Positions 18,389-27,473 of a stretch of 64,000 nucleotides of DNA are shown piece by piece. The position numbers and the translations under genes are program-made. The notes beneath the pieces were generated by a model, which was not told the origin of the DNA, did no database searches, and was given only the letters and a program-made list of their open reading frames with translations. The stretch lies in the IMG/VR virus record IMGVR_UViG_3300027782_000036, one strand, 5' to 3'. Positions within the stretch are counted from its first letter, which is position 1. Each line of letters opens with the position of its first letter. The stretch comes from a virus.

Positions 18389-19455
18389 TAATTACCTTTT
18401 TGATTAATTGTAATTACATTTGTGGTACTATCTTGTGTTTGTATTGATGTAGAAGAACCACTTTGGTTTATATTTATCTGATATCCTAAATCTTTATTAA
18501 TTAGAATTGTGGTGTTTTGATTATTCTTTGGACGTTGAATTATCCAATAAGACTGTTTATCAAACACATAGGTTCCAGTCAATGAGTTATATCCTACTTG
18601 AAATGCGGTCAACAATTGATTATCAAAAGCATTTGTAAGATACTGTGCATCTAATAAATTAACATCCAACTCTACAAAATCTTTATACGGATCTTTATAG
18701 ACCTTCGTATCTAAAGCGTTTTGATCCAATCCATTAAAATCTAATGCTGATCCAGATTTATCTTTAATATCAGATTGTATTCTTTCTAATATCTCCTTAG
18801 GAGGTTTTACAATAAGCATGTTATCAATAGCTGATTCGGACAAAAGCAAAAGCACGGGTTTCATAGGCTTTATTTCAGTTGAAGATGTAACTGTTGCTTG
18901 AAATGCTTGATTGAGTATAACTGTACCAACTTCTGTTGTTACTTCAATTGATCCAACTGTACCATCTGCGTTTGGCAACAATATAATAAGACTTTTTCCT
19001 ATTTCATCGACTGTCATAGTAAATGCTGTACCACGAACGGCTACTGAAGCAGTTGGTGTATTAATAGATACGTTTTTATTATTTTCGTGTGCGATATTAC
19101 CAGAAGCATAACGAACAGTTCCCATGGTAACTTTGAGTGCTAATTTACCTGCACCTTTTTTATTCGGATCATAGACAAAATCATCTATGACTAGTTTTGA
19201 ATTTTCTGTGACACGAACTTGAGTGTTATCTTCAAACGTGATGCCAACTACACCGGCACCAGTTTGAACTAAGTCATTTGAATCTATCGGAGATTTGGGT
19301 TTAGCATCCATCGCCTGCTTATTATGCGTGATGGATGCTGACCCTTTTTGTTCAGTTACAGAACCAATTGCTGACCAACTAGTGTTGGGTGACAGAGATA
19401 GCAGAGTTAGAACCAGTGAGGTTAATAACTGCGCTATTCGAAATTGTGTTGCCAT
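18388..19455 (-). CDS. Exported FecR-domain protein
   Basis: Signal-like N-terminus; ITFEDNT.V...ENS.L.ID and TPTASVAVRGT. Confidence 0.8.
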   Translation of the reverse strand: MATQFRIAQLLTSLVLTLLSLSPNTSWSAIGSVTEQKGSASITHNKQAMDAKPKSPIDSNDLVQTGAGVVGITFEDNTQVRVTENSKLVIDDFVYDPNKKGAGKLALKVTMGTVRYASGNIAHENNKNVSINTPTASVAVRGTAFTMTVDEIGKSLIILLPNADGTVGSIEVTTEVGTVILNQAFQATVTSSTEIKPMKPVLLLLSESAIDNMLIVKPPKEILERIQSDIKDKSGSALDFNGLDQNALDTKVYKDPYKDFVELDVNLLDAQYLTNAFDNQLLTAFQVGYNSLTGTYVFDKQSYWIIQRPKNNQNTTILINKDLGYQININQSGSSTSIQTQDSTTNVITINQKGN

Positions 19456-20077
19456 CTTGAATCACTGATATTGTATTACTGTCACCGATAACATTAGCTG
19501 AAATATTATGACCACCACCTGATAATGTACCAAAACCAGTTTGTGTAGTTGTCAATGTATTGCTATCACCTGCAAGAGTAAAATTGTTAATAGTGTAAGC
19601 ACTGTTGATTGTGCTTGTGATGCTATTACTATCACCAGTCACATCTAAATTATAAAGATAATTACTAGAATTACGTAATGTACCAATGTTTAAGATAGAG
19701 TTGTTGTTAGAACCATTAAGTGAAATACCTAATGTGCCTGAACTTGTGCCAAAGTTACCATAGTTCAATAATGTAGAGTTGCTGTTACCAAGTTGACTAA
19801 TTGTTGCGTCAGAGTTTCCACCAATAAAGTTACCTAAGATACTATTGTTCATACCATCTTGTGTAATAGTCAAGAACATACTGTTACCATCAATCGTAAA
19901 TGGATTACCAGTCGTTGTATTTGTATCACCAACGTTGTTGTTAGATCCAGTTTGTGTAATAGTTACAGCTGATTGATCAGCGTTTGTCTGATCGATATAG
20001 ACTGAGTTACCTCCGTCTGCCCAAACACTAACTGCTAATAACAAACCCATCACAAAAGTGATAAGTTTACTTTTCAT
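19379..20077 (-). CDS. Secreted curlin-like repeat protein
   Basis: Signal peptide MKSKLITFVMGLLLAVSVWA; I-x-Q-x-G-x-x-N repeats; N/S/T/G-rich; AAGGAG RBS. Confidence 0.7.
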   Translation of the reverse strand: MKSKLITFVMGLLLAVSVWADGGNSVYIDQTNADQSAVTITQTGSNNNVGDTNTTTGNPFTIDGNSMFLTITQDGMNNSILGNFIGGNSDATISQLGNSNSTLLNYGNFGTSSGTLGISLNGSNNNSILNIGTLRNSSNYLYNLDVTGDSNSITSTINSAYTINNFTLAGDSNTLTTTQTGFGTLSGGGHNISANVIGDSNTISVIQDGNTISNSAVINLTGSNSAISVTQH

Positions 20078-20861
20078 TACTTTTCTCCTTAAATTGCCAC
20101 ATTCCTTTTTTTTCACCTTGAATAATCAATTGTTCAACGGCCAAGTCTGTGGCTAACTTGATACAGTGAATACTTGCTTCAGTTTGTGATAACCCAATTT
20201 CTGATTCAAAGTTTTTAGTGCCGTTATCATAAAATTTAAATATTGCCACAGCAGCAGTATAACTAAGTAACGTTTTTTGAGTATTCACAGTTAATAATAC
20301 TTCACCAGTTTGCACACTAATTGCTCTTATACTAACTGTTACGACATCTTCTTGATATTGTGTATCTGGTCCTATTCCTAACCATCGAACACCAATACCA
20401 CCAGTTCTTATATTACTGTCATAAGAAACTATGCCACCTTCAATTAACATACCTGCATAGAGTATAGGACTTATATTCTTCTTATCATTCACTTCTTCTC
20501 TTGCAGATCGAATGAGTTGTCTTTCTTTAAGTAAGTTATCAAGACCAACTCGTTCTACAATTCTAAACCATTTACCATCACCGGCTTCTTGTAATGATTT
20601 AATTAATACTGTTTCACCACCTTGAGTAACAGCAGTTGAGAACTTAGCTATATTACCAGAATCTTTTCTTTGGCCAGTTTTATCACCAAAATTATAAACA
20701 GCAACTACGACCTTACCTTGTTTAGGTTCAGGTAATTGAACCTTCTTTGGTTTTACGGTTGATTGTGTTTCTAATACTTCAGGATCTTTTTTAACAACAT
20801 TCATAGGTCCACCACACGCAGACAAAAGAACACATATTAATATTATGAATATATTCTTCAT
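20067..20861 (-). CDS. csgG: Curli secretion channel lipoprotein CsgG
   Basis: LSAC lipobox; VAVYNFGDKTGQ, STAVTQG, WFRIVERVGLDNLLKERQLIR. Confidence 0.9.
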   Translation of the reverse strand: MKNIFIILICVLLSACGGPMNVVKKDPEVLETQSTVKPKKVQLPEPKQGKVVVAVYNFGDKTGQRKDSGNIAKFSTAVTQGGETVLIKSLQEAGDGKWFRIVERVGLDNLLKERQLIRSAREEVNDKKNISPILYAGMLIEGGIVSYDSNIRTGGIGVRWLGIGPDTQYQEDVVTVSIRAISVQTGEVLLTVNTQKTLLSYTAAVAIFKFYDNGTKNFESEIGLSQTEASIHCIKLATDLAVEQLIIQGEKKGMWQFKEKSNEK

Positions 20862-21301
20862 TAGAATTTTAATGTTCCAATTGGTATTTCAACTTGAGTG
20901 ATTGTACCATCAGCAGCTGTAACTGTTAATGATATTGAATCGGCTGTCTTTGTATATTGAATAGTATTACCTTCAATAGTAACAGTTCCACTATTCTGTG
21001 GATTCTCACCGAACAAGTTGTTGATTAATTGTGTAGATAGTTGAGCATAAACTCTGCTCTCAAAGTTGTTTAAGAACTTTTGTAAGTTCGTATTTTTAGC
21101 AGCTGCCGCTGCATCTTTTGCTGCTTGGAGTTTAGCCTCTTCAATTGCTTTCTTACGACTACTCTCTGTATTCTCTATCGTTTGAACGTGAGAACTATAT
21201 CCTATACCAGAAAAAGAAGGAGATTTAAATTGGAATACTTGCTCAGCATAGACGTTACTTGTTAGTATCGTCAGTATTAGAATTCTTATTATTTTTATCA
21301 T
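20861..21301 (-). CDS. csgF: Curli assembly component CsgF-like
   Basis: Signal peptide followed by FQFKSPSFSG (cf. CsgF FxFxNPxFGG); adjacent to csgG. Confidence 0.78.
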   Translation of the reverse strand: MIKIIRILILTILTSNVYAEQVFQFKSPSFSGIGYSSHVQTIENTESSRKKAIEEAKLQAAKDAAAAAKNTNLQKFLNNFESRVYAQLSTQLINNLFGENPQNSGTVTIEGNTIQYTKTADSISLTVTAADGTITQVEIPIGTLKF

Positions 21302-21533
21302 CTTTGATTTCTCGCATCATTAATACAACGTTAAGTTTTTGATTTAATCTAATCAAATCATTATCTAACATTCTAATACGATCTATCAAAGCAATTAATA
21401 CTGAATTTACTTCACTTAAAACTGGTTTAACTTCTTTTGTAGCCCACACCCAAACATAATATACAAAATAGCCACCACCACAAGCAGCTACAATTGGGAA
21501 ACCATATTTGTTTATTAAACTTACTAAATCCAT
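21255..21533 (-). CDS. Small membrane/coiled-coil protein, paralog A
   Basis: GFPIVAACGGGYFV TM segment, ALIDRIRMLDNDLIR. Confidence 0.75.
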   Translation of the reverse strand: MDLVSLINKYGFPIVAACGGGYFVYYVWVWATKEVKPVLSEVNSVLIALIDRIRMLDNDLIRLNQKLNVVLMMREIKDDKNNKNSNTDDTNK

Positions 21534-21845
21534 TTAAATATTATTTTCGTTTTTATTGTTTAAAAAATAATTAGCGGGAAATATACTATGATCACCTTTT
21601 TCCCATTGGATATAAATTGAATCTCCTTCACCATTGAAGCAAGCTTCCATTATTTCACCATCTTTACGAACAGCTTTAGCTGACCATGGGAATTTGTCTT
21701 TATATTTTTTTAATTCACATGGTTGATTTGAAATCCAAATTGTAACATTATCGTTGAAATTAAAATGTAACATCTTTACCGGTTCTTCAGCATAAGATAT
21801 TAATGTTATGAATATTAAAAATAAACTAATCTTTGCGAGCATCAT
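21534..21845 (-). CDS. Small secreted hypothetical protein
   Basis: Signal peptide MMLAKISLFLIFITLISYA; two Cys. Confidence 0.6.
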   Translation of the reverse strand: MMLAKISLFLIFITLISYAEEPVKMLHFNFNDNVTIWISNQPCELKKYKDKFPWSAKAVRKDGEIMEACFNGEGDSIYIQWEKGDHSIFPANYFLNNKNENNI

Positions 21846-22104
21846 TTTTCCCATCTGCACGAGCAATACGGTCAATGTCTGGTTTAACACCTAATGCGCT
21901 ACTCATAAGTGTATCGATACGAATAATATCATGATTCATGGTCTTGACACGATTATCCAAAGCTGATATAATTGCACTTAATGATTTAATTGAGCTCATA
22001 ACACCAGCTAAAATAAATTTAAGAGTAAGAAAAACAAAATAACCGCCAGCACAGGCGGATGCAATGGGAAAACCCACTTCAGCAATTAGTTTGAAGATGT
22101 CCAT
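21826..22104 (-). CDS. Small membrane/coiled-coil protein, paralog B
   Basis: GFPIASACAGGYFV TM segment, ALDNRVKTMNHDIIR. Confidence 0.75.
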   Translation of the reverse strand: MDIFKLIAEVGFPIASACAGGYFVFLTLKFILAGVMSSIKSLSAIISALDNRVKTMNHDIIRIDTLMSSALGVKPDIDRIARADGKNDARKD

Positions 22105-22136
22105 ATTGATGTCCGTAGCTTAATGAATTACTAAAG

Positions 22137-22144
22137 TATTTATG
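22137..22144 (-). promoter_or_regulatory. Late-type promoter for the inverted csg/cyclase operon
   Basis: CATAAATA on the - strand, about 33 nt before the first ATG. Confidence 0.5.
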
Positions 22145-22145
22145 C

Positions 22146-22174
22146 TTGACATGCATCAAAGGATGATATATAAT
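22146..22174 (+). promoter_or_regulatory. sigma70-type promoter for the gp43 operon
   Basis: TTGACA-N17-TATAAT. Confidence 0.8.
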
Positions 22175-22220
22175 AGTCAATTAGTGAGAAATCAATCTAA
22201 ATTCGTTATAAGGACAAAAA

Positions 22221-22529
22221 ATGAATATTATCGCATTAAAATTAATTACCGGTGAAGATGTTCTTGGTGAACTTGAAACAGAATCCGAAACCCAAATTGT
22301 CATTGAAACTCCAGTTGGTATTACAGTTGTTCGTGGCAAAGATGGCAACCCTAGTATTGGTTTTTCACCATTCCCACTGCATGCTGAACCGAAGACTGGT
22401 AATAAATTCACATTCAGCAAAAAACATGTAGTTTACAGTTATACTCCAGCTGAAGACTTTATAAACAATTATAAACAAATCTTTGGTGCTGGTATTATTA
22501 CTCCCACTAAACAATTAATTACAGGGTAA
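22221..22529 (+). CDS. Sm-like fold hypothetical protein
   Basis: LKLITGEDVLG; typical of the gene upstream of gp43 in T4-like phages. Confidence 0.65.
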   Translation: MNIIALKLITGEDVLGELETESETQIVIETPVGITVVRGKDGNPSIGFSPFPLHAEPKTGNKFTFSKKHVVYSYTPAEDFINNYKQIFGAGIITPTKQLITG

Positions 22530-22531
22530 TT

Positions 22532-25063
22532 TTGAAGACTTTCTATACTAATGTTCAATCGATGGGTAATTATATACTTTATCGTGGTGTCAAAGATGGT
22601 AAAAGGTTTAAAACAAGAATCGAATACCAACCAACGATGTATGTTCCATCTCGTAAAGTTGCCAATTTCACATCTTTAAATGGTGACTATCTTGAACCAT
22701 TTAAGGCAGGTGGTATTCGTGATACTAGAGATTTCATTAAAAAATATGAAGATGTTGAAGGTTTCAAAATCTATGGTCAAAATAGATTCGAATATGCTTT
22801 TATTGCTGAACAACATCCAGATATGGTTGAATGGGATCAAGATAAAGTATCCATAGCAATTATCGATATTGAGGTTGGTTCTGAAAATGGTTTTCCTGAT
22901 CCATATAAAGCAGACGAACCTATTACAGCAATTGCAATTAAATATATTAATGGTGATATGATTGTCTTTGGCTGTGGTGATTATGAAGTTAAAGGTGAAG
23001 AGAAATATATTAAATGCCAAAACGAACATTCATTGTGTCACAAGTTTATGGAATTATGGACTAAAAGATGTCCAGATATTATCACAGGATGGAATACTAA
23101 ATTCTTTGATATTCCATATATCATTAATCGCTTTCGTAAAATACTCGGTGAAGATGAAACTAAAAAGTTATCTCCATGGACTTATATTGGTGAGCGTAAA
23201 ACTGTCATCAATGGTCGAGAGTTTATTGCCTATGATATGTCTGGTGTTTGTTCTTTAGATTACATCGAATTATACAAATGGTACGCACCTGGCGGTAAAT
23301 CACAAGAGTCCTATCGATTAGACTATATTGCTGAAGTTGAATTAGGTAAAAACAAATTATCTTATGATGAATACGATAATCTACATGAACTTTTCAGACT
23401 AAACTATCAAAAGTTTATTGAGTATAATATTGTTGACGTTGAACTCATTCAAGAACTTGAAGATAAGTTAAAGTTAATTGAATTGGCTATGACTTTGGCT
23501 TATGATACGAAATCAAATTATGATGATGTATTTGCTCAAACTCGTATGTGGGATTCTTTAACATATAGTTATCTACTCAAACAAAATATTATTGTTCCAC
23601 CAAGAGAAGTGAAATCTAAAGATTCAGCTTTTGAAGGTGCTTATGTTAAAGATCCACAAGTTGGCAAACATGATTGGGTGGCATCATTTGACTTGAATTC
23701 ATTGTATCCACATCTTATCATGCAGTATAATATTTCACCAGAAACATTGATTGAACCAAAAGATTATACAGATGTTATGAAAGATATCATTTCAAAAGGT
23801 GTCAATGTTGATAAGTTATTGAATAAAGAAATTGATACATCAAAATTAGAAGGTGCAACTATTACACCTAATGGACAATTCTTTAGAACTGATATGCATG
23901 GTTTCTTACCAAAGATGATGCTTGAGATGTATGAAGATCGTAAGAAGTTTAAAAAATTAATGTTAAAGGCAAAACAAGACTATGAAAACGAACAAGACGA
24001 AAGTAAGAAATACGAAATCTCAAAGAGAATCGCAAGATACGATAATCTACAACTCGCTAAAAAGGTCTCTCTTAATTCTGCTTATGGTGCTCTTGGCTCT
24101 CAATATTTTAGGTTCTACGACTTACGGCAGGCACTTGCCGTTACGCTGGCTGGTCAATTAAGTATTCGTTGGATCGAAGGCAAACTTAATGGATACATGA
24201 ATAAATTATTAAAAACAGAGGATGATTATGTTATTGCGTCTGACACGGATTCTATCTACCTCAAACTTGCGCCGTTGGTGGATGCAATCTATAAAGAAGA
24301 GAAGTCAACTACTAAAGTTATCTCCTTCATGGACAAGGTTTGTGAAACTAAAATTCAACCGTTTATCGATGATAGTTATAAGGAACTTGCGGATTATGTC
24401 CATGCTTTTGAACAAAAGATGGAAATGAAACGAGAAGGTTTATCTGACAAAGGCATTTGGACTGCCAAGAAACGATATATTCTAAATGTTCATAATAACG
24501 AAGGTATTCAATATAAAGAACCTAAACTAAAGGTCATGGGTCTTGAGATGATTAAATCATCAACACCATCTGCTGTTCGTGTTAAGATGAAAGAATCCAT
24601 TAAAGTGATGTTGAATGGAACTGAAACAGATGTCCAAAAGTTTATTGCTGACTTTAAAGAAGAATTTCAACACCTTCCAGTAGAAGACATATCTTTTCCA
24701 AGAGGAGTCAATGGAATTAAAGAATATGCGGATTCAGCAAGTATATATAAGAAGAGCACACCAATACATGCAAAAGGTGCATTGATATATAATCACTTCT
24801 TAAAAAGCTTTAAATTAGATAAGAAGTATCCATTGATTCAAGACGGTGAAAAGATTAAATTTGTTTATCTTAAAACACCTAATACGTTTAATCAATCTGT
24901 AATTTCATTTCCCAATAGAATTCCTAAGGAATTTGATATTGAGAAGTTTGTAGATTATGATTTACAGTTTGAGAAAACATTCTTGGATCCTATTAAGATT
25001 ATTCTTGATTGCCTGCATTGGAGTACCGAAAAACAAAGTTCATTAGAGGATTTCTGGACATGA
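22532..25063 (+). CDS. gp43: Family B DNA polymerase
   Basis: DIEV exonuclease motif, SFDLNSLYP, KVSLNSAYG, ASDTDS. Confidence 0.97.
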   Translation: MKTFYTNVQSMGNYILYRGVKDGKRFKTRIEYQPTMYVPSRKVANFTSLNGDYLEPFKAGGIRDTRDFIKKYEDVEGFKIYGQNRFEYAFIAEQHPDMVEWDQDKVSIAIIDIEVGSENGFPDPYKADEPITAIAIKYINGDMIVFGCGDYEVKGEEKYIKCQNEHSLCHKFMELWTKRCPDIITGWNTKFFDIPYIINRFRKILGEDETKKLSPWTYIGERKTVINGREFIAYDMSGVCSLDYIELYKWYAPGGKSQESYRLDYIAEVELGKNKLSYDEYDNLHELFRLNYQKFIEYNIVDVELIQELEDKLKLIELAMTLAYDTKSNYDDVFAQTRMWDSLTYSYLLKQNIIVPPREVKSKDSAFEGAYVKDPQVGKHDWVASFDLNSLYPHLIMQYNISPETLIEPKDYTDVMKDIISKGVNVDKLLNKEIDTSKLEGATITPNGQFFRTDMHGFLPKMMLEMYEDRKKFKKLMLKAKQDYENEQDESKKYEISKRIARYDNLQLAKKVSLNSAYGALGSQYFRFYDLRQALAVTLAGQLSIRWIEGKLNGYMNKLLKTEDDYVIASDTDSIYLKLAPLVDAIYKEEKSTTKVISFMDKVCETKIQPFIDDSYKELADYVHAFEQKMEMKREGLSDKGIWTAKKRYILNVHNNEGIQYKEPKLKVMGLEMIKSSTPSAVRVKMKESIKVMLNGTETDVQKFIADFKEEFQHLPVEDISFPRGVNGIKEYADSASIYKKSTPIHAKGALIYNHFLKSFKLDKKYPLIQDGEKIKFVYLKTPNTFNQSVISFPNRIPKEFDIEKFVDYDLQFEKTFLDPIKIILDCLHWSTEKQSSLEDFWT

Positions 25064-26067
25064 TATACTTAACGTTTCTATCAGCATTTCTATTATCAGG
25101 TATTGCTGGATACTATTCAATTGTTGGATTAGCACTTATATTTCCTGGTGCTTTTTGGCCTGTCGTTGTTATGGGAAGTGCATTAGAGTTTTCTAAACTT
25201 GTAACCGCTTCTTGGTTATACAGACATTGGAAAGTAGCACCATTTTTACTTAAAACATATTTAACAACTGCTGTCTGTATTCTTATGTTAATTACCTCTA
25301 TGGGTATTTTTGGTTTCTTATCAAAAGCACATATTGAACATTCTGTTGAAATGGGACCTATTGCCGATAAAGTTGCTATCTATGAAGATAGAGTGTCATC
25401 ACTCAAACAAAGAATTGAAGAAAACAAAAGAACAATAAAAACAATGGACAATTCTGTTGATCAAGTTTTGTCAAGATCAACATCAGAAGAATCAGCTACT
25501 AAATCTGTAAACATTAGAAAATCACAACAAAAAGAAAGAACAAGATTATCTAATGAAAATTCACAATTACAAAAAGAAATAGCGCAAATACAAGAAGAAA
25601 AAGCACCAATTATGGCTTCATTAAGAAAGACTGAAGCTGATGTTGGTCCTATTAAATATGTTGCTGAATTGATTTATGGTAGTTCTGATTCTGGTATTAT
25701 TGATAAGGCAGTAAGACTGGTAATAATGATAATTATGGTTGTGTTCGACCCGCTAGCTGTGTTATTATTAATATCTGCGAATTTAACTTTAGGTCTTGGT
25801 AAAAAAGAAGAAATAAAACCAGAGCAAAAATTTAATTTGCCAGAAGATGATAAGCCTACTGATATCATAAGCCGAAACGGTAATGATGGCGAACATTATG
25901 GTGAAGAACCAAAAAATACAGTAGAAGTTGAAAAAGAAAACATAACTAATGTAGAAGACATTAATGAGTATGAAAGTCCCGCTAGAAAAAAAGTAGAAAC
26001 ACACCACGAAGATGGAATATATTCAGAGGAACACGTACCTTTTGACCATGTTAAGTATGATGAATAA
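25060..26067 (+). CDS. Multi-TM coiled-coil membrane protein
   Basis: 3 N-terminal TMs, coiled coil, C-terminal TM (VFDPLAVLL); ATGA overlap with gp43. Confidence 0.7.
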   Translation: MIYLTFLSAFLLSGIAGYYSIVGLALIFPGAFWPVVVMGSALEFSKLVTASWLYRHWKVAPFLLKTYLTTAVCILMLITSMGIFGFLSKAHIEHSVEMGPIADKVAIYEDRVSSLKQRIEENKRTIKTMDNSVDQVLSRSTSEESATKSVNIRKSQQKERTRLSNENSQLQKEIAQIQEEKAPIMASLRKTEADVGPIKYVAELIYGSSDSGIIDKAVRLVIMIIMVVFDPLAVLLLISANLTLGLGKKEEIKPEQKFNLPEDDKPTDIISRNGNDGEHYGEEPKNTVEVEKENITNVEDINEYESPARKKVETHHEDGIYSEEHVPFDHVKYDE

Positions 26068-26086
26068 TTTATGAAAAGGAAATGAT

Positions 26087-27160
26087 ATGAGCATTTTAGA
26101 TAAGATTAAAAAGAACACCAGTATTAAAGACGCAGCTATTCTATCACATTCTAAATTCTTTACCGAAAAGGATATGATACAAACACAGATACCAATTATT
26201 AATGTTGCGTTATCTGGCAAATTAGATGGTGGTTTAACACCAGGTTTAACAATGTGGGCTGGCCCATCTAAACACTTTAAGACTGCCTTTTCATTATTGA
26301 TGGCTAAATCTTATCTTGACAAATATCCTGATTCTGCTTTATTATTCTATGACAGTGAGTTCGGCACTCCACAATCATACTTTGATTCTTTTGGTATTGA
26401 TACTAAACGTGTATTACATACTCCAATTACTGACATCGAACAATTAAAGTTTGACATCATGCAACAACTTCAAGGACTTGAACGTGATGATAGAGTTATT
26501 ATCGTTGTAGATTCTATTGGTAATTTGGCATCAAAGAAAGAAGTTGAAGATGCTCTTGATCAGAAATCAGTTGCTGATATGTCAAGAGCTAAACAAGTTA
26601 AATCATTATTCAGAATGGTAACACCACATCTTAATCTTAAAAACATTCCAATGATTGTAGTTAATCACACTTACATGGAAATTGGTATGTTCCCTAAAGC
26701 AATCGTAGGTGGTGGCACAGGTTCATATTATTCTGCTGATAACATCTTTATTATTGGTCGTCAACAAGAAAAAGAAGGTCAAGATATCATTGGTTATAAC
26801 TTTATTATTAATGTGGAGAAATCAAGATATGTTAAAGAGAAAGCTAAAATCCCTGTTACTGTTTCCTTTGAAGGCGGTATTTCTCGTTTTTCAGGTTTAC
26901 TTGATGTTGCTATTGAAGGCAACTTCGTTGTTAAACCATCTAATGGCTGGTATTCAAAAGTTGATACTGAAACAGGTGAAGTTCAAGAGAAGAAATATCG
27001 TATCAAAGAAACTGACACCGAAGATTTCTGGAAAGATATCTTAGCAAGTAAGAAGTTCCAAGAATATATTAAAAACAAATATACAGTAGCATCTGCTGAC
27101 ATCATGAATTATTCACAACCTGAAATTGAAATTGAGGTTGAGGAGGAAGAAGATGCGTGA
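26087..27160 (+). CDS. uvsX: RecA-like recombinase
   Basis: AGPSKHFKT, YDSEFG, DSIGNLAS, GGGTG. Confidence 0.95.
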   Translation: MSILDKIKKNTSIKDAAILSHSKFFTEKDMIQTQIPIINVALSGKLDGGLTPGLTMWAGPSKHFKTAFSLLMAKSYLDKYPDSALLFYDSEFGTPQSYFDSFGIDTKRVLHTPITDIEQLKFDIMQQLQGLERDDRVIIVVDSIGNLASKKEVEDALDQKSVADMSRAKQVKSLFRMVTPHLNLKNIPMIVVNHTYMEIGMFPKAIVGGGTGSYYSADNIFIIGRQQEKEGQDIIGYNFIINVEKSRYVKEKAKIPVTVSFEGGISRFSGLLDVAIEGNFVVKPSNGWYSKVDTETGEVQEKKYRIKETDTEDFWKDILASKKFQEYIKNKYTVASADIMNYSQPEIEIEVEEEEDA

Positions 27161-27473
27161 AGCAGTTGATTATGAATATGTAATAGATGAGAAAGATAAA
27201 AATTCGGTACATATTAAATTACTTACCGGTGAATATAAAGATACCCTATTCAAATATGGTAAAGTCGGTGTCAAAGAAGAAGATGATAAAGCCTATTTAC
27301 AATTTAACTTTGATGTGATACAATCACCGATTAAGAATTTAGAAAAAAAATTAGAATTCAGAAATTATATTGGTGATCTATTATCGATTATTATTACAAA
27401 ACAAGTAGACGTGGAAGAAACATATTATGATGAGAACCGAACTGACGATATTAAAGAATCTGGTATTCAATGA
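27153..27473 (+). CDS. Hypothetical protein at the gp40 position
   Basis: Between uvsX and gp41; GGAGG RBS. Confidence 0.6.
   Translation: MREAVDYEYVIDEKDKNSVHIKLLTGEYKDTLFKYGKVGVKEEDDKAYLQFNFDVIQSPIKNLEKKLEFRNYIGDLLSIIITKQVDVEETYYDENRTDDIKESGIQ

Noticed and set aside
13932-22104. Inverted operon as a host-derived mobile element or assembly chimera
   Set aside because: No transposase, integrase or terminal repeats; composition is phage-like and a late-type promoter is present. Read-level confirmation is still advisable
22532-25063. Intron or intein in gp43 (nrdA, nrdB and gp41 also checked)
   Set aside because: The ORFs are continuous, of ordinary length, and show no splicing motifs
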